Shown here one piece after another: positions 1 to 26,230 of a stretch of 64,000 nt of DNA (position 1 is its first letter; the number at the start of each line of letters is the position of its first letter). The translations under genes and the position numbers were made by a program. The notes under the pieces were generated by a model. It saw only the letters and a program-made list of their open reading frames with translations. It did not search any database and was not told the origin of the DNA. The stretch lies in the NCBI GenBank assembly GCA_964016885.1, contig OZ024753.1, positions 36,580,001 to 36,644,000 on the forward strand, in the 5' to 3' direction. Origin of the DNA: Eledone cirrhosa. Lineage: Eukaryota.

Positions 1-1168
1 CTAGGCTCTATTGCTAACTTTGGTGACTCCTACATTTCACATCTGACTTGGATCTATTACCAACTTTGGTGACTCCTACATTTCACATCTGACTTGGGTC
101 TATTACTAACGTTGGTGACTCCTACATTTCACATCTGACTTGGATCTATTACTAACGTTGGTGACTCCTACATTTCACATCTGACTTGGATCTATTGCTA
201 ACTTTGGTGACTCCTACATTTCACATCTGACTTGGATCTATTACCAACTTTGGTGACTCCTACATTTCACATCTGACTTGGCTCTATTACTAACGTTGGT
301 GACTCCTACATTTCACATCTGACTTGGATCTATTACTAACGTTGGTGACTCCTACATTTCACATCTGACTTGGATCTATTGCTAACGTTGGTGACTCCTA
401 CATTTCACATCTGACTTGGGTCTATTACCAACTTTGGTGACTCCTACATTTCACATCTGACTTGGGTCTACTACTAACTTTGGTGACTCCTACATTTCAC
501 ATCTGACTTGGGTCTATTACTAACGTTGGTGACTCCTACATTTCACATCTGACTTGGGTCTATTACCAACTTTGGTGACTCCTACATTTCACATCTGACT
601 TGGGTCTATTACTAACGTTGGTGACTCCTACATTTCACATCTGACTTGGATCTATTGCTAACTTTGGTGACTCCTACCTTTCACATCTGACTTGGGTCTA
701 TTACTAACGTTGGTGACTCCTACATTTCACATCTGACTTGGATCTATTGCTAACTTTGGTGACTCCTACATTTCACATCTGACTTGGATCTATTGCTAAC
801 TTTGATGACTCCTACATTTCACATCTGACTTGGGTCTATTACTAACGTTGGTGACTCCTACATTTCACATCTGACTTGGATCTATTGCTAACTTTGGTGA
901 CTCCTACATTTCACATTTGACTTTGGTCTATTGCTAACTTTGGTGACTCCTACATTTCACATCTGACTTGGGTCTATTACCAACTTTGGTGACTCCTACA
1001 TTTCACATCTGACTTGGGTCTATTACTAACGTTGGTGACTCCTACATTTCACATCTGACTTGGATCTATTGCTAACTTTGGTGACTCCTACATTTCACAT
1101 CTGACTTGGATCTATTGCTAACTTTGGTGACTCCTACATTTCACATTTGACTTGGGTCTATTACCAGT
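1..1168. repeat. 46-bp minisatellite, about 25 copies (truncated by the window start)
   Basis: Unit GG(A/G)TCTATT(A/G)C(C/T)AAC(T/G)TTGGTGACTCCTACATTTCACATCTGACTT starts at 4, 50, 96 ... 1154 (exact 46-bp period), with no spacers. Confidence 0.97.
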
Positions 1169-1259
1169 TTTACAGGTGCCGACTCTCTCCATTCCTACTT
1201 TTAAAAAAATGTGTTGTTTAATTAAATGGTCATTATTTTCCTCACAGAATATCAAAGAT

Positions 1260-10065
<8,806 letters not shown>

Positions 10066-10112
10066 ATCAATCAACACTTTGCCGAATTTTCCAATAATTA
10101 ATCAAACCAAAG

Positions 10113-10155
<43 letters not shown>

Positions 10156-10235
10156 CACACACACATATATATAATATATATATAAAATATATGCATTTAT
10201 ATATATGTATATATATATATATATATATGCATTTA

Positions 10236-10289
<54 letters not shown>

Positions 10290-10317
10290 CATATATATAT
10301 AAATGCATATGTATGTA

Positions 10318-10370
<53 letters not shown>

Positions 10371-10891
10371 TATATATATGCATTTATATATATTTATTTA
10401 AAAACATATACATATATTCTTACACACACACAAACACTCATATATGTATATATATTATGTATAGAAGGGAAAATATATTTATATATGCGTATATATATAA
10501 ATATATATATATTACATATATATATGTGCGTGTGTACATATATATATATTATATACATATAATACACATATATTATACACACATAATAAAAGTGGGAGAT
10601 TTCAATTATTAAATAGCGTATATTATAATTAAAGCAGAGACATGAAAAGTAAAATGGCGAGAAAATCATCTTATTGAGAAAATAAAAATATGGTAATAAA
10701 AGATTTGTTAAGAGTGAATATTGTACATATTAGAATATATGTAGATAAACTGTATCTATCAATTCAGAATTGCATTGTTACAGATGGTACGATTGCACAT
10801 GAATAAAGTTGCACCTATAAATTATATACACACACACATATATATATATGTATATATATATATATAGATATATATACATATATACATACAA

Positions 10892-10932
<41 letters not shown>

Positions 10933-10991
10933 ATATGTATATGTGTATATATACACATAAATATATAAATATTATATATATATAAACATAA

Positions 10992-11034
<43 letters not shown>

Positions 11035-11511
11035 CACCTTACTGCAATTTTCGTTTCCAATGATGAAATCATACATCTCAGCAAATATGATAATTTGAAT
11101 TATTTGTACAGAATCAAAATTTAGGAACGCATTTAATAGAGAAAACTTGATAAAGAGTTACCCGAAATTTCTAGCAAAAATAATCATATAGGCTTTCTTT
11201 TATAATTTCAAGTAATTTTCCATCTTCAGAATTTTAGTGAAAACCAATTTATATTTTAGCATATTTGTCTTTCATACTTGCAACAGAAGTAAGAAAACAA
11301 GACAAACAACAACAAGTGAAAGAATAATATATCTACCAATGAAAGACGTTTATTAAAATAAATCAGGTTAATGTGTAAGTAGGAAGAAGTATATTTACTA
11401 TATAGCTTTGTAAAATATTGAGAAGAGGCGTATACAGACCATGCATACATGATTGTATTTAATCAGATATATGCTAAATTTAATATGCATATACCTCTCT
11501 ATCTCCCCCGT

Positions 11512-11543
<32 letters not shown>

Positions 11544-11586
11544 TATATATATACATATATATATATATACATAATATGTATATAAG

Positions 11587-11780
11587 GCGCATGGTTTAGT
11601 GGCTTGGGTATCCAGCTCAGGATCGTACGGTTGTGATTTCGATTCTCGACGGTGCGTCATGTCCTTGAGCAAGATACTGAAATTCGAAGGTTCAGCCTTG
11701 TCATATACTGTGTCACGCCATATCTCCCTGAGAACTACGTTACGGTACACGTATCCATTGATACTCAGCCACTTGACGAC
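11587..11780 (+). mobile_element. tRNA-derived SINE (second family), degenerate
   Basis: GGCGCATGGTTTAGTGG A-box-like start, TTCGATTC B-box-like, then GTCCTTGAGCAAGATACT core. Confidence 0.5.
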
Positions 11781-12640
11781 AGGGGTGTGATCTGCACTGT
11801 TTAGACCTTTCAACTTAATGGTATAAAATGCGGTGAGACTTACCAGCTTCCGTATATGGCTGAGTAATGTTGTGGTGTCGTGTTTGTCCGTATTTCTAAA
11901 GGATCTTTCGAAGTTAAAAGACGCTGTACTTATCCTCCATGATACATATATAGATCCCCATCCCGTTAGTGGTAACCTTTGCTTTGTATACGATAAGTTC
12001 CACCTTACATGCTTGGTTAGTAGGCATGTTCCAGGCCGTCTCAAAAAACAGCCTAGAATTTGTAAGCACGTCTAACTTCCCAAATACGACTTGTACGAAC
12101 GCACTACGCACTTCACAAACAGATGTCAAGAAAGAGTTTTATTGGGTATAACACACACACTCCTTCCCTACATGAAATGAGTGTTCTATATAAAGTGTTT
12201 ACATACAAATAAATGTACACAGAGGATGTGCTTTCTAAAACTAACTATTCAATGATTTACGATAAATATATTATACAGAAAAATACGAAACAATTCAGAC
12301 CCAAAAGAATAGTATTCTGAAATTACTTTATTTACGTATAAAATAATTTACATGGAGAAATATAAAAAACGAATTAATGAAAAGTAAAGTATATCGATAC
12401 ACATTGGTGTATTTGTATAGTATTAATATGTTTATCATTCTATCTAGTCATGCACACACACAAACAAACACACATATTGTCGTAAGTGGCCTCATCTAGT
12501 CTAAACATTATTCATGGTCTTACTTTCTAATATCGTAAAGAGTTTACTCTGATGCAAAGAATTCATTTCTCCAATCATTGAGTGTATAAGGACTTCCTCC
12601 AATAATTCAGATTGTGTTGCCGCATGCAATTCCAACAACG

Positions 12641-12693
<53 letters not shown>

Positions 12694-12994
12694 AACTTAT
12701 AAGTATACATATATACGTATGTGTGTGTATTTCTATGAGCGTTTGTGTCTGTGTATAAAATTGGAAATGTACTTGGTTTTATAACGAATCGTTCTTACAT
12801 TAACTATATTGACTATAAAAAAATGTATATGTTGATGATGTAAACAGTAATAAACACACTACAGCCTAATGAAAGCATGCACAAAAATTAATAGTAACTG
12901 TGATTAATAAAAATAATAAAGTAACTGAATGTTCAGGAATGGTCACGTCTGGATTGCTTTGACCATGGAATTAAAATACAAATCAACTTCAGTC

Positions 12995-17005
<4,011 letters not shown>

Positions 17006-17237
17006 CTTTATCGCGATTGATTGCAGCAGATGGGATATGCAGTAAAATCGAATCGGTAAATATATCGATGACTAACAACAAAATATATCTCCAAACAAAT
17101 ACTTCCTATGTTAAAATATGTCCCCCAAATATAAATACTGGGACACTAGTATCAATCAAATATTCGTAGGGCAAGAAACCAAAAACACTCCTCTCATCTC
17201 AGTGAGCCGTGGATGAATGGGGGATGTTATTATTTTT

Positions 17238-17275
17238 GTTAAAATTTGCGCAGAAAATTATCGTCCAATCAGAAG
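17238..17275 (-). promoter_or_regulatory. Gene B promoter module: inverted CCAAT box + E2F-like + CHR-like
   Basis: Minus strand CTGATTGGACGATAATTTTCTGCGCAAATTTTAAC, about 250 bp upstream of the ATG; conserved upstream of C and D. Confidence 0.6.
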
Positions 17276-18244
17276 CCAGGTATATATCACCTGAACTCAT
17301 TAGAAAGTTTTAATCTAGTGACATAAGGGTAAATTGTAATGAATGACCTTTGTTGTGCATATATTAGTTAAATTTATATGGGTTTTATTTGGGCCTGTAA
17401 ATTATTTTCTCCGGCAAAATATGTTTATATTTGTCTATTTTTTAAAGCATGTTTGATAATTTAAAAACCGTATTCATACGTATATTTAAATATATTTTAG
17501 ATTTTCTAGTATACGTTGTGTTGTGCATAAATATATATTATTTATTATTTTGATATATTTACTGTGTGATGTCTCCGTCTATTAAATAAACATTAACAAT
17601 GAGTGGTGCAAAAGATGTGTTGAGAGGGCCAGTCCCGCAGTGAAGTTGGCTGGTTCTTTTTGCACCTATATAGACTATTAAACAGCAACTAAATCTTCAA
17701 TTTCATAGTATTAATTTCGTTTATAGCTGATGTTTGTCGAACTTGTAATAACCATGGCGATTGTCTTACAACTTAAGTATATGGAATATTTTCATACATA
17801 AGATCAGGGAAAACTTTTGTTGATTTCGTACATTGATTTCAACTCAACTAGCTTTTATTTTTTAGGTCACTATCTTCTACATACCATACACTGGGAGAGC
17901 ATTGGAAGCCCATTCTTGTTTTGAATTAAAATAGAAGAGTGCTTTTTGTGTGGAACATAATACAATATATAGTTTCCTGTGTACAGGGTTTATTTTAAGA
18001 AAATGTTAGAACTGCACAAATCTTTGAGTCAAGTTCCATGAACCTGTGTCTGGTATTCCTTAAGTCTTAGAAGCATTTGTAATGGCTACTTCTAGCATTT
18101 TGTAAGTGTTTTGAGACTTTTAACTGGCATTTGTCACATAAGCACATGTCGCATCTGACGCATAATATAAACTCATTGCACAAAAATTAGATTCAGAACT
18201 CCTTATGTTAGCTATGATCCTTAACTAGATAGTATTTTATTTCT

Positions 18245-18941
18245 GTGGTTATAATATGTTAAATAAGTCACATTAACCAGTGAGTGACTTAACTGTGTGG
18301 ATATAATATGTTAAATATATCACATTAACTAATTAGTGACTTAACAGAGTGGTTATAATATGTTAAATATCTCACATTAACCAGTGAGTGACTTAACAAT
18401 GTGGTTATAATATGCTAAATATCTCACATTAACCAGTGAGTGACTTAACAGTGTGGTTAAAATATGTTAAATATCTCACATTAACTAGTGAATAACTTAA
18501 CAGAGTTGTTATAATATGTTAAACATCTCACACTAACCAGTGAATGGCTTAACAGTATGGTTATAATATGTTAAATATCTCACATTAACCAGTGAATGAC
18601 TTGACAGTGTGGTTATAATATGTTAAATATCTCACATTAACCTGTGAGTAACTTAACAGTGTGGTTATAATATGTTAAATATATCACATTAACCAATGAA
18701 TGACTTGACAGAGTAGTTATGATATGTTAAATAAGGCTTTTTATCCATTGGGCGACTTAACAATGTGGTTATAATATGTTAATTATATCACATTAACTAA
18801 TTAGTGACTTAACAGTGTGGTTATAATATGTTAAATATCTAACATTAGCCAATGAATGATTTAACAGTATGGTTATAATATGTTAAATATCTCGCATTTA
18901 CCAGTGAGTGACTTAACAGTGTGGTTATAATATGTTAAATA
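18245..18941. repeat. 52-bp minisatellite, about 13 copies
   Basis: Unit GTGGTTATAATATGTTAAATATCTCACATTAACCAGTGAGTGACTTAACAGT. Confidence 0.95.
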
Positions 18942-19297
18942 TTAAAACATGTTATAGAAATAAGTCATCATTCACTATCTCCACCTGTACCAGATTGTGA
19001 ACCTTCAAAGTTTCCTACTTTGCCTGGCTTCATTTAATTCATATAAAATTAGACCAAATCATTTATAGACATTGTTTTGTTATTGTCTGAGTGGCCTAAC
19101 TCTATTGCTTTTATTGATCACAATTATTATAATTTATAGTCTATTTCTAAATAAGGGAAACATCTTATTTTGTATATGAATATATTAAGCTCACAAATTC
19201 ACCAATATACAATTTATCTGCCCATGAAAGGATGGAAAACGAAGTGGGTTTGAACTCACAATGTGAATTATTATTGTTAATAGTTAAGATGACTAAC

Positions 19298-19390
19298 CTT
19301 CTTATCAATATTAATGGTATCTTTCAACTGCCATTCACCATATTCATCATTGAAGAATTCAGTAAACTTTTCCTTATACACCAAACATGC
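19298..19390 (-). pseudogene. Orphan copy of the second zinc-finger exon of the PCF11-like family (Cys to Tyr)
   Basis: 93-bp AG/GT-bounded exon ACLVYKEKFTEFFNDEYGEWQLKDTINIDKK; flanks about 19130-19560 match the introns around gene C exon 7 in reverse. Confidence 0.85.
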
Positions 19391-19729
19391 CTGTTGAATA
19401 TAAAATAAGTTAGTTGTGATTGTTATATTTTATAGATATATATGTTGTAGAAATTATATAAGCTTTGTGTATAAATAAATCTAAAGTTGCATTTCATATT
19501 CTCCTCAATAAATCACAAATAAACTGGACATTTATGAATAGGAGTAAATGTGTTCCATTATCAACAACAATATGCGACTGGTTCTTCTACAATTCAGAAG
19601 TATTGGTGAAATAAGACATTATATATAGACATACATATAGAAGAAATGATATCGACAAATAACATTTTTTATGTTTTTAATTTAAACAATATTTATGTTA
19701 GTAAATATATCAAAGTTTATATATTCCAG

Positions 19730-19854
19730 TCAATATTACAGAAGCTTATGGCAATCATAAACAATATGGATATAGTTTATCAAAATAAGGTATCCAACAT
19801 GGACTAACTGTAGTTGGTAGTGTTTCGATGAAAAATTATGTGAAAAATATCTGA
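19730..19854 (+). pseudogene. Orphan copy of exon 2 of the PCF11-like family with two in-frame stops
   Basis: 125 bp (same length as gene C exon 2), AG/GT-bounded, NITEAYGNHKQYGYSLSK*GIQHGL...NI*. Confidence 0.8.
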
Positions 19855-20204
19855 GTAATTTTATGACATGCTAGTTTAGTTTTTTAAGTGTTTGAGAAGG
19901 AAGGAGGGATTGGATGCGAGACTAAGAAACTTAATCTCCTTTAATCAAAATTGCTAGAGAAATGAGAAGCAGTTAAATTGGCCTGGGAGAAGACATATTT
20001 TCTGGACAGATGTAATATTTTATATCTGGGATGAGAAATCTAAAAGAAAAAGTAATTTAGTTTATCTGAGCTGCATAATTTATTATAAACATAAATCTAA
20101 ATCACATTTCTTTTATTCAATATGATTTTGTCTTTGTATTTTATCTAAAATTACTTCAATGTCTTCTTCTTCTTCTTCATCCAAATATTTACACTGTGGC
20201 AGGT

Positions 20205-20610
20205 ATTCGAGAAATCGTGGTAGTATTGCCAAGAAGTATATTCTTGTTTTGTCGACCTTGAGAAGGCATATAACCATGTTACTCGGGACCTGCTGTGGAA
20301 GGCTGTGCAGGAATATGGGATTGATGGTCAGCTTCTTACTGCTCTGATGTCTCTATACGAATGCCCGAGTATTTGTATTCAGATAAATGGTGCTAAATTG
20401 AAACCATTCAATGTGGGAGTCGGAATTCACCAGGGGTGCATACTGTCATCTCTCCCGTTCATTATTTACATGAACATGATTGACATGCACAGCCGGGTTG
20501 AAAGTGGTATCATGACTGGTGGGTGTAAAATCAGTTGGCTGGAATTTGCAGATGGCATGGTGTTACTCAACTCGACAGAAGATGATCTTCGACTTGCTTC
20601 AATGTCCAGA
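20205..20610 (+). mobile_element. LINE reverse-transcriptase fragment (RTE-like), frameshifted
   Basis: CFVDLEKAYNHV..LWKAVQEYGIDG..FNVGVGIHQGCILSSLPFIIYMN..LEFADGMVLL. Confidence 0.8.
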
Positions 20611-23600
20611 TCTTAAATTATGGCCTTAATTTTAAAACAGAAGTCCTTCAAAGTCCTCTAAATTGTGTAATATTCAACAAATAAACTGACAATATATCTC
20701 AAAGTACTCTGAGATATCACACATATCATTATCTTTAGATCTGTTCAATCCAATTGGAGCATTGAGTGATATGAGATTTCCATTTTTCATGACTGCAACA
20801 CCTGTCACATGCCTATAACCAGACCAGGTCCATGCCTGCAAGGTCTTCTTTTACAGACATCAACCAAGTCTTGCCTGATTAGATTCATTTCCTCTGACCT
20901 CCACTTCCACTTATACGACAAACTCTTTAACAAAATGCTATTGGGGAACAAGCCAATGATGACATCTTCATGTGGTCACTCAACCAACTAGAAGTAGCAG
21001 CAAATTCTCATCCAAATCATATTCTGCTGCCTTAAAAATAGGAGGACAGATTGAAGAATATAGTCATGCATTTACAAAGTTATGGGATAAACCTGCCTAG
21101 AACATTTTATCTGGTGTTCTAACAACTCTACCAATATAATGCCTCAGTCTAAATATATCTGTGTATAACCATATCTGTCGTGTTAAGATATTCCCTCTAT
21201 AACTACATAGTTCTGGGTTTGGTCCTATAATGCACTTTGTAAGGTGACAGTCACCTCACAGTTTTAAGTTGATCAATTCACAGGAATTAGAATTTGGCAG
21301 AGGGAAGCAACATAGAGGCCCAGCATATGACAACAGTGAAGTTGAATCCACAGATGATCATCAAAGAGATTAGTCCTAACTACACCTGTTAACATTCACT
21401 GAATTTGTTATTAAACTATCTGTTAGTCACAACAGCAGTAAACAGTAAAACGAATCTAAGTTGTAGCATATACAATGCCTTTAATTTTCAGATAATTTTG
21501 AAAATAATAAAAAATTTAGAAAGATTTAGTAAAATAACTATCTTAATATTAAACCGGTGTTTCAAATACAATCTAACAAAGATCCTTATATAAAATTATT
21601 ATCGGATGTTTTTAGATGTATATAAAAATTTAAAAGAAATAGCTTTGTATTAGAAGCTGCAGTTTCGAGTGGTTTGGAAATAAAAGATTTAAGTAATTTA
21701 TATATTACTTTAGTTATAGAATATTAAATAGCTAATGTCTGAAAGAATAAAACAAGCTAAACATTGTGGAGGTAGTAGACAGTTTAGCTGAAATAATAGC
21801 TTGATACATCTACAAATATTTAACCTGTTTCATAAAAAACTACACAAAGCCACTTCTGTTTCCATGATACAAAACCACCCATTGTAAATGGTTGATACTT
21901 AAATTAAAACCTTCCAAATTAAAACCATATAAATACAATATGTTAAATTAGTCTCTTAGTATAGTGAATTAATTAATAATTTTAATAAGTTCTCAAAATT
22001 CTTAATGAATAAAATCAAATAGATTGTTTCATTATAAATATGGAAACGAAAGGATTAAGTAATATTTGTATTACTTTAGTTATAGAATATTATATATATG
22101 AAAGCATAAGTGTCCTTTTAATATAAGGATGATGTAGATATTTGATCTCCAATGATAACTCAATACTTGCGCAAGTGTTTCGCACTTTAGCATTTACATT
22201 ACTCTATATATACTATTGTATTTTTGTGGTAAAGGATTTATCTCACATAATATCGAATCTATGAGATTTTGATATTATTTATTTTGGGAACAATACTTTA
22301 ACATCAGTTTGAGCAGCCGGTTATGGCCTGCTTGAACAGAAAGAGGTGAGAGAATTCTGCCCAGATTGGGCCGGTTTAAATGCTAAAGGGTTAGATGGCA
22401 AATATATTATTTAGTTATAAATTATTGAATAATTCCATATATCAAAAATGATTTATTTATGTAGAAGAGGAAACTTAGGTAAAAAAATTAGTAAAGAGCT
22501 CAAGTTATTAGCCAATACTTATATGACTTTAGTTTTGCTTTCTGGAATTGTTAATAAATTATGTATTGGAGTGTAGAGTGTTTCATTGGTCGAATCGTTA
22601 GATCTTCAAAAAAGTACTTTGCAGTATTTGTTCCAGATTTCAAGTTTGCTATTCATCCTTCACAAGTCAGTCAAGTAAAGACTTTGTTTAAAACTAGGAG
22701 AGTGCCTTTCGATCTAAGAAATCATTATGCTGCAAAACAACCATTTTTCAATCAGAAAACACACACTTCGCTACTGAGAATGTGAGACAATATGCTACAT
22801 AGACGATAGTGATCTAAAAGTGTAACAGCCAATTTATTTGAAATCGATGCTCGACATCAAGTAAAGTTTACACAGTTCACGTTTATGAAAATATTCTCTT
22901 TATATATTGGTCAAACTATCGCCATACTTGTTGGAGGTTCAACAAATGTCAGCTATGTTTAATATAAATAAAATATTCACTACGTAAGCGATGATAGTTT
23001 CATTTCTTTTAATAATGAAACACTTAGATGTTAGACTGGCTATTTCATCACATCTTCCTCGCCATACTTCAGTGTAACGCATTCACCATTTTGTTTACCC
23101 GTCTACGAACCATTTGCATGCCAGGCAAGGATTTAAATATTTACATTAATAAATTCAGGAATTTAAACAAATATTTAAATATAAATTATATATAAACAGA
23201 AAGTAATTATAATTTCAAGATGGCGACATTATTTAGTAATATTATAATAAAAATATAATAATAATAATTTTTATTTAGTAGACGGGAAAATAATACAGGA
23301 AATATTTTGCACATATATTTATATCAACATAAAATTATATATAAACATATATATATATAAATCTAAAATTATATATAAACATATATATAAATATATATTT
23401 ATATATATACATATATATAAACATATATGTAAATGTAAAATAAAATTATATATATATATAATTGCATATAAATATATATTTATATATAAACATATATGTA
23501 TATATATATATAAATAAATATAAAATTATACATAAACATATATATATATATACATAATTATAAAATTATATATAAACATATATATGTAAATATAAAATTA

Positions 23601-23789
23601 TATATAAATATAAAATTATATACAAACATATATTTTTTCTTCTGGAATAATCGATAATTATACACTGAAAAATACTTCGATCTAAATTATTTGTATATAT
23701 AAATATACACATCATTTAAAAATATTTTATTTTTCTAAAACAACTTATTGAATTTAACCGACATATTTAAAAACAAACCACACCCCAAA

Positions 23790-23880
23790 GTGCCACGTCA
23801 CAGCGGTAACTTTTTTAATGAGTTCATGTGACCTTTATCTGACCGCTGATTGGACGATAAGTTTGCGCGCAATTTTTAAT
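23790..23880 (+). promoter_or_regulatory. Gene C promoter module: CACGTCA, inverted CCAAT, E2F-like TTTGCGCGC, 4 nt, TTTAAT
   Basis: GCCACGTCAC ... CTGATTGGACGATAAGTTTGCGCGCAATTTTTAAT, about 250-280 bp upstream of ATG 24127. Confidence 0.65.
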
Positions 23881-24126
23881 TTTCCGCTTCACAACAAAAA
23901 TAATAACATCATCCATTCTTCCACAGCTCATTGAGTTGAAAGGAGTCTTTTTTATTTCATGCTTTACAAATATTATCAACTGATTGAAACTAGTGTCCCA
24001 GTATTTATATTTTGAGACATTTTTTACATAAACTGTATTTGTTTGAAGACAGTTTTTTGGTCATCGATATATTTACTGATTCGATTTTACTGTTTATCTC
24101 ACCTGCTGTAATCAATCACAATAAAG

Positions 24127-26199
24127 ATGGAGAGAAATAACCCCAACTACCATAGGCAACGAGAAGGAAAAGAAAACCATTCACAATATAAAATCTCGAA
24201 CTGGGGTAGCAATATTAATAAGGCAGATCCTAACTATCGATTCAGAAATAACCGTTGGAATCCGTACGGTGTAGAAAAATATAGAGCAAAACCCATGAAT
24301 CGAAATACTAGCACACAATACAAACAGCAACAGAACTTAAATCAATCGTATAATCCACAACCTTTTAACCAAAATCACAAACCACAGTCCTATAGAAATA
24401 ATTATAATCTGCAAAATACACAACAGTCATGGCCTTCATCACAAACAACAACCACATGTACAAACCATTATACGCTACAGAATACACCGCAACCAAGTCC
24501 TTTATTACAAACACCACCCACGTATACGGATGGTTATACACAACAAAATGCACCACAGCCAAGGCCTTTATTACAAAATACATCGCAGCCAAAGCCTTTA
24601 TTCCAAATACCACCCACGCATATAAAAGGCGATACACAACAAAATACATCCCAGCCAAAGCCTTTATTCCAAACACCACCCACACATACGAAAGGTTATA
24701 CACAACAAAATACATCACAGCCAAAGCCTTTATTCCAGATATCACCCACACATACGAAAGGCGATACACAACAAAATATATCCCAGCCAAAGCCTTTATT
24801 CCAAACACCACCCACACATACGAAAGGCGATACACAACAAAATACATCCCAGCCAAAGCCTTTATTCCAAACACCCCACACACATACGAATGGTTATACA
24901 CAACAAAATACATCACAGCCAAAGCCTTTATTCCAAACACCATCCACGCATACGAATGGTTATACACAACAAAATACATCACAACCAAGGCCTCTATTCC
25001 AAACACCCCCCACACATACGAATGGCTATACACAACAACCGCGTCCATTAATACAAACAACAACCACAAATACAAATATTTATCCACTGCAATCATATTC
25101 TTTATCACAATCAACATCCACAAATACAAAACAAATAGTTGAATCTACAGTAAATCCTATAAATATAAATACACCAAGTACGTCTAGCCATGATACAGCT
25201 AGATATTCCGTTGCTGGAAATATTAATGTAAACAAAGAAAGTCTAACTTCTGTTGGACGTCAATATGCCCAAATCCCAGACGATCGCGTTGTAACCTCAA
25301 ACGGTAAGCACTATAGTAATACTTTTTAAAACATAATATAAATGTATCGATAAATAATTTTTTTTTTTTGTGTATAATATTTATCATTTTTTTAATGTAT
25401 GTTAATATATCAACGTTTATACATTGCAGGCAATATTAGGGAAAACTACAGAAATCCAAAACGATATGGACAAAGTTTATCACAACAAAGAGCCAAACAT
25501 GAACTGATTGCAGTTAAGGATGATTCCGTGAAAAATAATGTAAACAATACACAGGTAATTTTACGATCATTTATATTTTATTTATCGTTGTTTTAATTTG
25601 AATTCATATTTTCTGATCTTTATTTTATGAGATTACAATATTTTAATATAAATTTCTTTTTCTCTAACATATGATATTTTTTATATATTTTAGGATGATC
25701 CAAAAGATAAAATCGGAGATAAAGAGAAAAAATCAGAGAGAAATGATACAAAGTGGAAATTATACAAGGCTAAACATGGCAATGGGTTGAAACCTAAACC
25801 TGGAACTTCTTTAAAATCTATTACAGCTAAAACTAAAGAAGAAACATTAAAACATGTTTATATGAAACAATCTTATTCTGAACACAACAAGAATGAAATG
25901 TTAGAGATAGAGAACATCCATGTAAGTAAATATAATCTTTATTTTTTTCTCTCCTCCAAAAATAAAAAAAGAATATATATATATATACATAATGAAATAT
26001 TTATCGTATGCACATGTTGTTTTTATCTGTGCAGTGACTTTATATATATGTAAAATTACATATAGATATATATGATTATAATATCTCCAATCACACATCT
26101 GACAATGATAAAATTCCTGCTTGTACCTCTTCAAAAGGATATTACCTTCAGAAAATTATATTACTTAAATGCTCTGTTTATGCCCCTTAATTTGACTAA

Positions 26200-26230
<31 letters not shown>

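Noticed and set aside
1-1168. CRISPR-like array
   Set aside because: Units are contiguous with no unique spacers, there are no cas genes, and the context is eukaryotic
1152-1259. ORF-track start of gene A at 1152 (and of D at 35808)
   Set aside because: Both are non-ATG starts; A has a splice acceptor at 1247, and D's ATG at 35919 matches the ATAAAGATG context of B and C
24365-25142. Antisense and alternative-frame ORFs over the coding repeats (also 16333-16698, 36115-36570, 1774-2244)
   Set aside because: By-products of the 66-bp periodicity or low complexity of the real exons
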